Source of the DNA: Catajapyx aquilonaris
Lineage: Eukaryota
DNA length: 43,271 nt
Assembly: GCA_000934665.2 (NCBI GenBank)
Contig: JYFJ02003340.1
Location: 1 to 43,271 of the forward strand
Reading direction: 5' to 3'
Notes under the pieces: generated by a model
What the model saw: the letters and a program-made list of their open reading frames with translations, nothing else
What the model was told of the DNA's origin: nothing
Database searches by the model: none
Shown here: positions 22,248 to 32,291 of the stretch, piece after piece
Layout of the letters: each line of letters starts with the position of its first letter
Position numbering within the stretch: position 1 is the first letter of the stretch
Position numbers and translations under genes: made by a program

Positions 22248-23834
22248 CCTCGCTGATATTGGATCTAAACTGGTATGGTCTACGGTGAGCTCTTGCCATT
22301 ATGTTACAGTACACCTCCTTTTTCTCTATGCTATAATTATCATTATGCAAGGTTATACATTTTTTAAACCATAATTACACGCAACTCACCAAGGGTAATT
22401 TCCTAATGAATGAAAAGAAAAAACAAGAGCGGATATCCTCCCCTTCTTATATGGACAATAATGCATACCCAATTATCGTTCATTAATCAATACATTTATT
22501 GTAATCGGTGATTATACGGAATGTATTTTGCACATACTGTAGTAAAAGAAAGCATTTCGACGGACAAACGTGTCGTTTTTTTGAAGGTGATGATGATGAT
22601 GATGATTAAAGTAAGTTCTAGTGTTTTTTTTACATGTAATTTTTCCTCATTTAAGCCTGACCTTCCTGGAATTCACTCTGAGAGTTGGAAAATTTAAAAT
22701 CGCGTTATGATCGTTAAAATTATGAGAAAATGACATATGGCATCACGTCCAATTTTCAAAATCTTATGTTGGGTCCTTTCTTTTCGGGATTGTATTGTTA
22801 TAATAATTCCTGAAATCCATAAATTTGACTTCAGAACAACCCGAGGATTAATCAGATTTTCAATTTAATTTAATTTTTTTTAAACATGCACCTTTAAATA
22901 CTTGTGCAAAAAATGTATTTCTGGTTTGTTGATTGCTAAATATTGTTAAGAATAAACCTGATAAACGGTTTCGACACAAGTTATATTATTAACGAAACAG
23001 CTTATACATAAAAATGCAGGGGGAAGGCCATTGAGGTTAATACAAAAAGTAGTCAATGAACTACCGTAGCCTTCAGATTATAATTAAATCAGATCCCTAC
23101 GTTTCTTGCATGTCAAGGTCAAATTATTGAGAACATGTTTTAATAACAGAAAGGAAGTGACGAAACCTTCTTTTTTTCTTCTTCATAATTTATTTCGCAA
23201 TGGTCAGCAACTTTTTGTGTATTATAAGCAACGGTTATCTCTAAATATCCGCTATTATTTACTAATTTTATTTACATTTCTGGATTCAGACTTATTAGGA
23301 CAGTGCACTTATCATGTATATTATGTATAGTTAGGCTAAGAATAATCTGTTAAGAGTAGACCACATTATACTGTACAGTGTTGCATTTTTTGGTCACTTC
23401 CTTATCGTCAGCAGGAAACCACCTGTTTCCTTCATGCCAACCACAATAATTACTTTACATGTATGAATTCAGGCCACATGTGTTGGTGTCTGGGAAAGGA
23501 GTTACAACATTGCATATTTGCAGACAAATTTGGCCTGTTTCTGCGACAAGAATCGTTCAGGTTATGTACACAGTGAATTTTTTTCCCCACTTATTATGTG
23601 ACTAACCAACATGACAATAACGTTTAGTGGAGGGGTTATCAACAAACAATGTTTGCTATTACACAGACTATTACAACAAAACAATGACCATCTCGTCTTC
23701 AGTTGATTCGGACATGCTAACAATATAGGTAAGAGATTTACAACTTTTAAAATAGGTGGTTTAAAATGTTTTAAAAAAATCATCAGCTAAAATTAAATGA
23801 CTAATTGTTGTGCTGTATTGTAGATGACGATTGA

Positions 23835-25239
23835 ATGATGAGAACTCTACGAGCACGTGCGATGTGTCTGGTCCTGGCAGCCTTTTCAGCTACTTTTCTC
23901 ATGTTTGTTATCACTTCTAGTAGGAAAGAACAGTCGAGTACAAAAAATGTGCGAAATAATAACCTTATTAATGAAGAGCCTAAGCATCAGGATAGACTAA
24001 CAACAGAGAGTGTTTCGAGCACTATAAAGACACATGATGGCATGTGTCGACAATCGGACAAGACAACGATATATAACGACTACCAGATGTTGGAGACCAC
24101 GTAAGTCACTTTCATATAGTGTTGGTGTAGCGCAATTATTTGACATGTTTTCAGGAACTTGTCTGCGTACATACGACCAGATCAGGTCACAACGTTGATC
24201 GAACCGAATGACCTGTGCGGTACCGAGCAGATTTACCTACTGTTGGGTATCCACTCTGCTGTGTCACACTTCGAGAAACGAAGGGTCATCAGGGCCACCT
24301 GGGGTCGTGACCTGCTCCAGATGCGACCTGACATACGTATGATGTTCATCATAGGTCGAACAAACTATCCTGATGTCATCGTAAGTGGACATCATAATTA
24401 TCATATCCGCGGATATTTAAATTAAGATTTGCCTATTATAGTCGCGGATAGTTGACGAAGCGTTTGAACATGACGACATGCTTCAAGAAGACTTTTGTGA
24501 CAGCTACTTCAACATGACCTTAAAGGCTGTGTTTCTGCTCAAGTGGACGATCCGCCATTGTCCTCAGGCCAAGTACTTCTTCAGGAACGACGACGACACA
24601 ATTGTCCGTCCAACCAATTTGATGACGCTCCTGAAGCAGTACGACGACGGCGTAAGTTGTTAATACACATCCTGAAAATTAATTAAGGTTAATTAATGAT
24701 ATGTCCAGCAGACTAGAGAGATGCACCGGATGGACTGGATAAATCCGGGCATGTCATACTTCCTGCTGGGAGCTAATCCCCAGAGAGGAGCTGATGTCCA
24801 GAGGAACCCGAAGTCCCAGTGGTACGTCCCGAAGAGCATCTACCCCGAATTCCTGTACCCGGATTACTACGGAGGGTCATGCGGATTTGTCACCTCGGGG
24901 TCGCTCCTGCCCTGGTTGTACCAGGAGAGCCTCCAGACGCGGTACATGCACACAGACGATGTGTTCCTGACTGGCGTCGTGGCTGCCAGGAAGCTCAACC
25001 TCACCCTCGATGGCCACCCTGGGTTCGCCAACTACTTCCGATGCAACGTCACCGGGTTGGTATCGGGATCCGGCTACCATCCCAAAGTGACGGAGACCCT
25101 GTGGAGGAAATGGGCCAACCAGACCAGACGAGCAGGTCATCCGACACAGTTTTATGCTTGTAGACGGACACTGGGTACCAGCTTGACCATGAATGACTGG
25201 ATCGCTGAAGTGCGACGGATCATGAAGGGAAACATATGA
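23835..25239 (+). CDS. GT31 beta-1,3-galactosyltransferase-family type II membrane protein
   Basis: Exons 23835-24100, 24155-24380, 24442-24651 and 24709(or 24712, NAGNAG)-25239. N-terminal TM helix; RRVIRATWG, DMLQEDFCDSYFNMTLK, YFFRNDDD, WYVP…YPDY, DDVFLTG. Confidence 0.93.
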
Positions 25240-25313
25240 TTTGTCACACTCTATGTCCGCTCCTGGTTTTATTCCCCCACAAGAAGAAGTGTCATTATCT
25301 TATACGGTCTGGA

Positions 25314-25638
25314 CAGGGAGCATATTCGTTTTCCGCGTCTCTCTGTTTGGGGGCTTTGTTAAGGCTGGCTGCCATTTTGAAGTGGGGGCAACGCCAACGA
25401 GGTATAAATAGGGTACAGGCAAGGGTACAGGCAAAAATAGGGTCCGCCATCTTTGATTCGCGCGTGGCCGCCAAAACCATCAAAGATGGCGGACCCTATT
25501 TTTGCCTGTACCCTATTATTTTATACCTCGTTGGCGTCGCCCCCACTTCAAAATGGCCGCCAGCTTTGGCAACGGCTCCAAACAGAGAGACGCGGAAATC
25601 GAATGTTTGCGCCTCTTATGTATAGTATATGCTCCCTG
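25314..25638. mobile_element. Fold-back MITE (325 bp) with a 7-bp target-site duplication; P/Galileo-like
   Basis: Termini CAGGGAGCATAT / ATATGCTCCCTG, ~140-bp inverted arms, and GTCTGGA duplicated at 25307-25313 and 25639-25645. Confidence 0.88.
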
Positions 25639-25981
25639 GTCTGGATATATTTTTAAACACAACAAATGCAACGAGGAAGTCTGCGTATTATTTTTAAACA
25701 TTTAAATAAAAAAAAACAAGGCCGGAAATATCATCTTCTTACTATAGTAAATAAGTTACTGTGTAGTCAAAAACAACAATTTTTTCAGGCTCAAAAGCAA
25801 CTAAGATTGCAACAAGGTCATACTGAAACAGTTGCAAAGTTAACTTATTTAATACAATGTTTTTGCATTATTTATTATTATTGTGGAATAATAATAATAT
25901 TCCACAATAACCAAAGGATTCATTAAACTGGTCGTACGCTGGTAACCCCATCTTGGGAATATGCTGTGAGTGTAATGAACT

Positions 25982-26113
<132 letters not shown>

Positions 26114-26324
26114 AGACATCTGAACACAATTGTTTTACGTCAGTTTCACAATGGCTTTAGAGACGAGGAAGTGGAGGAAAAACCTCCCATGTTTTATTCC
26201 TCTCCAAGTACACCTCTGGGCGAATGAAGCAAAAGGAACCTTGCAGAGTGTAAAAAAAGGCACGCTCTTTGCGACATAGTGGCACATCTAAGTCTGAAAA
26301 TGTATCAGTATTGATACATCAACC

Positions 26325-28110
26325 ATGTTGGCTGGATCAGTCCTGATCATCGCCACTCTTGCCCTGATGGGAACAAGTGCACAGTTTCCCAGGATACTTT
26401 TCTTCGATGAGTATGAAGCACCGTCCATGGTAAGTACCTTGTTAGCGTCTTAATATGAGTTTAAAATCACCAAGCCTTACTTTTGTTCATGTAGTGCGAG
26501 TACACAAACAAGAAGGGATGGGCATGCGAGCAACACAGGGTAATATCAGATGGATACATCCTGGTAGTGGATCGCATCATAGGTCCAGGGAAAAACTCAA
26601 TTTCTAAGAACACCACAAGTGGGAAGAAACCACCAGTCATACTAATTCATGGACTAGGGTTTTCTTCGGCCAATTTTGTACTCGGACGTCCCGAAAATGC
26701 TCTAGGTAAACATGTACAGACCATTTTGGGCTGATCTTTTACAACGCGACGAACGAACGTTATTGTGACCTTGCCACACAAGATCGTCCCGTAGTAAAGA
26801 TCATGTCATCATAATTTGTTTGTTTGTGGCACTCCCAGGTCTCATCTTAGCGAATGAGGGCTTCGACATCTGGATGCCCAACACCCGAGGCAACATATAC
26901 TGCAGGAAGCATATGACCAAAAACCCTATGTACTCGGACTTCTGGGACTTTGGCCAGGACGAGATAGCCACAGTGGACGTTCCAAACATCATAGACTATG
27001 TCCTGGAGAAGACTGGGTTTGACAAGGTCGGAATAGTCGGATTGTCCTTAGGTGGTACAACCCTCTACCAGACATTCTCCGCAAGACCAGAGTACAACTC
27101 AAAAGTGTATCTGATGGTAGTACTCAGCGGACCTACCGATCGGCTGCATGATAATTCGCCTATTTCTCTAGCTGAACCTCCGTTTTGGGTTGCGGATTCG
27201 TTCGTGGTACGTCAATCGCAACTAAAGGCCTGTTTGCGCCATCACAATTTGAGCCTCTGTCGCACGACTAGAGAGCCTCGGTCGCACGACTAGACAGCCT
27301 CTGTCGCACGACTAGACAGCCTCTGTCGCACGACCACTGGTCGTGCGACAGAGGCTCAAATCGTGAGGGCGTATACAGGCCTTCAGTGTTTTTGTACTGT
27401 ACCGAAGACACATTTTCCGCATTGTCTTACAGAAACTTATGATCGACTTGGGACTGGTGAGCATCCAACTACCTTTTCCGGAGATAATGCCGCTTTTCAA
27501 CACACTTTACACGTGGAACAAGTACACTAAAACATTAGGAACAGTTTCGGCAGGAGTTTCTCTAGGATTTGATCTGGATCAGTTTGACTATGTAAGTTAC
27601 GTGAATCGTGATAACCATTACAGTCTGTTCATTATTGTCTTCATACGCGCAGGATAAGTTTGCGGAAGGACTTTTGTACATATATCCTTCGCTGTCCTGG
27701 CGCACTATTATTCAGTACATACAAATGAGGCAAAGGATTTCATTTGCCAAGTACGATTTCGGACCAGCGGAGAACCTTCGTCGGTACAACTCAACAATAC
27801 CGCCAGTGTACGACCTTAGAAAAATCACAGCTCCAGTGGCCCTCTTTTGGTCTCTCAACGATTGGTCCACACCTGTAAAGGTAAGCCCTTCCACATTTAC
27901 AAACCGCAATAAATTGTTATTAAATTATTATTATTATTATTGCAGGATATCCAAATTAAGAGTGAGCAGTTGCCCAATCTAGTCGGAGCTTTCCAGATCG
28001 AGTGGCCTCTATTCACTCACCTAGATCTGATCTATTCTTTGAAAGCGGGTGAATTGCTCTTTTCACGTGTCACCAAACTTATGATACAGTACAGCGGAAT
28101 TGATACATGA
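26325..28110 (+). CDS. Secreted acid lipase family protein, copy 5 (most divergent, ~411 aa)
   Basis: Exons 26325-26429, 26495-26705, 26839-27206, 27433-27591, 27653-27880 and 27946-28110. HGL, GLSLGG, WSLNDW, FTHLD. All introns GT-AG. Confidence 0.92.
26732..26803. mobile_element. Internally deleted copy of the TGATCTTT…AAAGATCA element (lipase 5 intron 2)
   Basis: tgatcttttacaacgcgacgaacgaacgttattgtg…gtagtaaagatca matches the ends and core of 8440-8612. Confidence 0.65.
27226..27382. mobile_element. PIF/Harbinger-like MITE with an internal 22-bp tandem repeat (lipase 5 intron 3)
   Basis: ~43-bp TIRs aggcctgtttgcgccatcacaatttgagcctctgtcgcacgac / gtcgtgcgacagaggctcaaatcgtgagggcgtatacaggcct. 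Flanks TAA and TCA (degenerate TWA duplication). agcctctgtcgcacgactagac about x4. Confidence 0.75.
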
Positions 28111-28343
28111 TCGTACTTCGTACAAATGTGTCAAGTTCGTGGTGAGAAAACATATGTTATATGAAGCTAATAAATATAAGGGATTATTTTGCCCTTTGAT
28201 TTTCTATGCATGTTTCGCCAACAGGAAACGAAAGACTATCGATTATTATTAAATAACTACAATGTACCCTTTAAAAATAACTCATGATTTATGTGCGACC
28301 CTGATATGATTTAATACGGGTAATTTTTAAAAAACTGATATTG

Positions 28344-28412
28344 CTTTACGCGACACGGAGATGTCGGGAGGGGAGGTACTTTTTCAAGAGCGACGATGAC
28401 ATTTTCGTCACA
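28344..28412 (+). pseudogene. Short relic of a second GT31 glycosyltransferase gene (DxD motif segment)
   Basis: YATRRCREGRYFFKSDDDIFV aligns with WTIRHCPQAKYFFRNDDDTIV of the neighbouring GT31 gene. It is a GC-richer patch in AT-rich DNA. Confidence 0.6.
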
Positions 28413-29514
28413 ATTTCCATTCGAGTGATTGGCAAAGCCACAGTAACGTTCGTTGGCCAGCGGCAGGCACCTTGTGTACACTGCAAAAGAATCACCAAAA
28501 AAAAAAACGCATCAACTGGTATTCATATGACTGTATTTCTTTTTTTTTTTTGATCACCATTAATAACCATCGTCACCAAAAAATCACATTTAAGTATTTC
28601 AGTTGATCAGGACCACTCTAAATGCATTATGTAAAATGTTCTTTGGCACTTTCATTGTTTACAACAGAATCCAACAAACTTGTAAGGAGGGCGGGGGGAA
28701 AAAAAAGCAAGGAATGATCAGTCGCAAAGATATTGATGGAACCAACTACCCAATTGAAAAATAAATTCCCGTTACCTTTATTTTTTTTGGTCCCAATCTA
28801 ACGCAAAATGTATCGCAAAAATTGCACTGGACAAAGCTGTACTAGCATATATCATGATGCCGATTTTTAATGACGGAAGACACTTAAAGTCTAACGTCGT
28901 TAACAGAAATTAAAGGCTCTTATAACAAAAAAATATGTACAATTAACAAACTGGAATGCAGGAAACAAAATTATCACATTTGCAGGACGAAGCTAATTGA
29001 AGCGATTGCTTAGGTACAAAAATATGGCTAATTGCGAATACAAAAAAAAAAAACGTGCAACTCCGACTAATTAACTGTGACCCTAACAGGATGTGCGATA
29101 CTCAACATGAACCATCATCATAACGATAGCAAGTACGACAGGATTTGTCTGACACTTTCTTTGTTAGCGAATATTTATGGAGCTGCAATTGCCAATTATT
29201 TCGATCCGATTTTGATCAAAATGTTGGTTAACAAGTGTCGCGCAAATTCCTTGCATTACTTGTAATAATCTCATGTATTGCCAACGAAAGTTGCACATAA
29301 TTAAAAACTTGGCACTCAAAAACTCCGCGAAATGTGGAATCGCCTTTAAGAATGTGACTAAACAGTGACAATTGCAAAATAATTTCCGTACGTCCGTTTT
29401 GCTCTTGAATTTGCAATTTTCCGAGTACTCTTCCGATTAAATTTGCGGGTCACGACTAGTATGATGCGATGTAATATAGAGAACGCTTTTTTAAATTAGC
29501 TGCATTTTCTGATA

Positions 29515-29632
29515 CAGGGTGAGTCGAAAGGTCGTTCAATGCCTTTGTCATGTACCTATGTGATATTATTCCTTTCGCTAGTTGCATACTTGACAATTGC
29601 AATGAACAGAGCTTGTACGTAAAGTCACCCTG
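29515..29632. mobile_element. Small Tc1/mariner-type MITE
   Basis: TA|CAGGGTGA…TCACCCTG|TA termini; the TIR is short. Confidence 0.55.
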
Positions 29633-29843
29633 TACATATTAAACTCAGCAGAACATTAAAAAAAAAAAAGGCAGTATGATTATCCAACAAAAAAAGGCCT
29701 CCTTTTCACAATAAATTTTTTTTTCGCTCAATCCTAACGATTCGACCACCATAATGAAAAGCACCATTTGTTTTCCCGTGGATGACTCGCATTGTTTTCA
29801 GTCCCCGTTCCTTCCTAATGAAGTAGCTCACGTTAAACCAATC

Positions 29844-31748
29844 TCACAAGATGGTGCACTTTGCATTGACAATATTGGGGCAGCATCCACATCTGTGATG
29901 CATTGGCCTCGGAGGTACCAAATTCAAGTCGTCCTCGTCTTCTTCGGCTGAGAGCTCCAGGTTCTCGATGCTGAACGTATCGGTCAGTTCCTGCCTACAG
30001 CCGTCCTTGTTGCTTTGTGATATCGGGAAGAAGTCAATCTCTTCTTCGCTGAAATGTAAACCGGACAGTGTTTAAGAAAGCAGCGATATTAAACCATTGC
30101 CGACTGACCTTTCATCTGTGTCCCATTCGACAAGCGGCTGCCTTTCCCTAGCCGTTGCTGCCTGCGATTTCGCCGGAACAGGCAGACGCTGAATCGGAAT
30201 CAGGCTTGAGTTGATCGAAGACGAACACGAGCCACTTCCGCCACCTCCAAGGTCCCCGCTGCCTCCTCCGCCCACGCCCATTGCAATTCTGCTACATGCA
30301 GCTCCTTTTCTACACTCGGACTTTCCGACGCCATGAGTCTTGCGCACCAGTGCTATCTTCTTCTCTGTAATGCGAACAATGAGTTTTCATGCCGCATCGA
30401 CTCAGCGTAATGTACTTGCCTAATTTCCGCTGTAGTTCAATGGTGCTGGATTTCTTTGGCGTTCCGGCGCTGGTGCTACTTGCGGAACTGCTGTCGCTGC
30501 TTGCCTGCACAGAATTAGCATTTAAAAAAATTAATCAGTGTTAATAAAATTAACAAAATCAAATTAAATACTGAAAAATTGAAAATTAATTATCAATTTT
30601 CCAGTTTTTAAATTATCAATAGATTTTTCAGGTTTCATTAATTCAATGAATTTTGTGGTTTTCAGTTTTTAATTGTTAAATAAATTGTCCATTTTCCATT
30701 TTCAATTTGTCAATTAATTGCAAAATTAAAAACTGGAAAATCAATTGAACAAATAGAACTGAAAAATAGAAAAAATTAACTATCAATTTTCCTGTTTCCA
30801 GTTTTTAATGTATCAATAAATTTTTGCAGCTTCTAATTATTGTTCAATGAATTTTCCAGTTTCCAGTAGTTTTTAATTTTCCAATTAATTTTTTTCACTT
30901 TCAGTTTTTAATAATTTTCAATTGCTTTTCCACTTTCCATTTGTCAATTTATTGCAAAATTAAAAACTGGAAAAATTTAACAGGTCAATTAAATCTGGAA
31001 AATTAACTGAAGGATTGAAATCTGGAAAATTAACTGAAGGATTAAAATCTGGAAAATTAATCGACTGATTGAAATATCTGGAAAATTAATTGAACCATTA
31101 AAAAGTGAAAAGTTAATTGAACAATTAAGAAGTGAAAAGAGATTAATATTGAAAAATTAACTGAAAGGTGGAAAATTAATTTAATAAGCATTAAAAATCC
31201 ACACTTAAAATCAGTCAATATTTCCAAACCGCACATATGAAATACCAAGTGTGTCGTAACTTACGACACACACACTTTGACAGCATTTTGTTGCAACCAT
31301 ATGCTTACGACTCGTAAGCATATGTTTGCAACAAAATGCCGTCAAAAGTTAAGCATAAACGTCCATATTTTCCTTGCATTCTGGGCCATGCTGCCGTTAC
31401 ACTTTTAATGATCCGGTGTTCGTTCGGAACGGAACGAAAGCGACCCAACCATTCATCTCGAATTCGTATTGTCCATGTTTGCAACATTCAGTCGTCATGA
31501 ACCATTTTCCTTATAATATTCTTACTATGCTGCCGTTATGATTTTTAATTCTTCGTATCATCCAAGCCAATATTATTCCTTTTACGACTACTTAGCTCCA
31601 AATGTCTTGATCCGATTTAACCAAAACATTTTTACATCAAACAAACAATGTCAATTACCATGAAGAGCAGCTTGTTGTTGCTATCCTGGTGGAAAGTGTG
31701 TGTGGAACGTATCCTGTGATCGCTGTCTTCTATCCCGCTGTCCTCCAT
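29844..31748 (-). CDS. FAM219A: FAM219 family protein (211 aa) ending in a CaaX motif (CTIL)
   Basis: Exons 31748-31659, 30504-30420, 30364-30109 and 30048-29844. ELQRKLEKKIALVRK, QPLVEWDTDESEEE and EDEDDLNLVPPRPMHHRCGCC…KCTIL match FAM219 motifs (LQVKLEKQRELARK, QPLV..DSDSD, DDEDLDLIPPK…CxCC…Cxxx). A versus B orthology cannot be resolved here. Confidence 0.88.
30525..31195. repeat. AT-rich degenerate repeat (aaaactggaaaa/aaattaactga units in both orientations) in FAM219 intron 1
   Basis: Recurring ctggaaaattaa units and their reverse complements, including a local tandem aaatctggaaaattaactgaaggatt. Confidence 0.7.
31249..31346. repeat. Two adjacent palindromes (11-bp and 35-bp arms, 1-nt spacers)
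   Basis: gtgtgtcgtaa-c-ttacgacacac, then tttgacagcattttgttgcaaccatatgcttacga-c-tcgtaagcatatgtttgcaacaaaatgccgtcaaa (2 mismatches). Confidence 0.9.
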
Positions 31749-32291
31749 CCTCCTCACCTCCTCTTTGGCCTATCAAGACTAGATGCGTTGAGCTCAACAT
31801 ATAATAGTTTTTTGTGTACACACTTTATTGGGAGCCAGAAAAGTGGCCCGCCTCTTAATTACTAATTAATTAAATATATCAAGAGAGAAAAGAAGGCTAG
31901 ATGTCACTTGGTGGCCGCCATCTTGGATTCGAATAAAAAAAGACAAAAAAAAAATAAAAAAAAAGATGGCGGATAAAATCGAACGCGAACCCCCATAAAA
32001 CGTAGCGGTTATATTGTACTAGCGATCGATTTTTATAGCCGTTATTAATTAAAGCGCGATTTGTAGCCGCGACTTGTTAAGCGCGACTCGTTAAGCGCGA
32101 TTTTTGTCAACATTTTTTTTTAATTGAAAAAAAAAAATTTGTAAACAAGTTTCCAGGGAAACGTGTTTTTTTATTTTTTTTATTTTTTTTTAAAGGGACT
32201 CTGGGCTTCAACACGTATTGATCACATCAAAATCGGTGATTGGAAAGATCTGGCCTGATTTGCTGCAGGCGGAGGAATAGGCATTACGAAC
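31749..32291. promoter_or_regulatory. Probable bidirectional promoter between FAM219 and DNAI1
   Basis: 543 bp between the divergent ATGs. Divergent YY1-like motifs GCCGCCATCTT (31914-31924) and AAGATGGCGG (31963-31972); repeated AAGCGCGA motifs at ~32050-32100. Confidence 0.65.
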
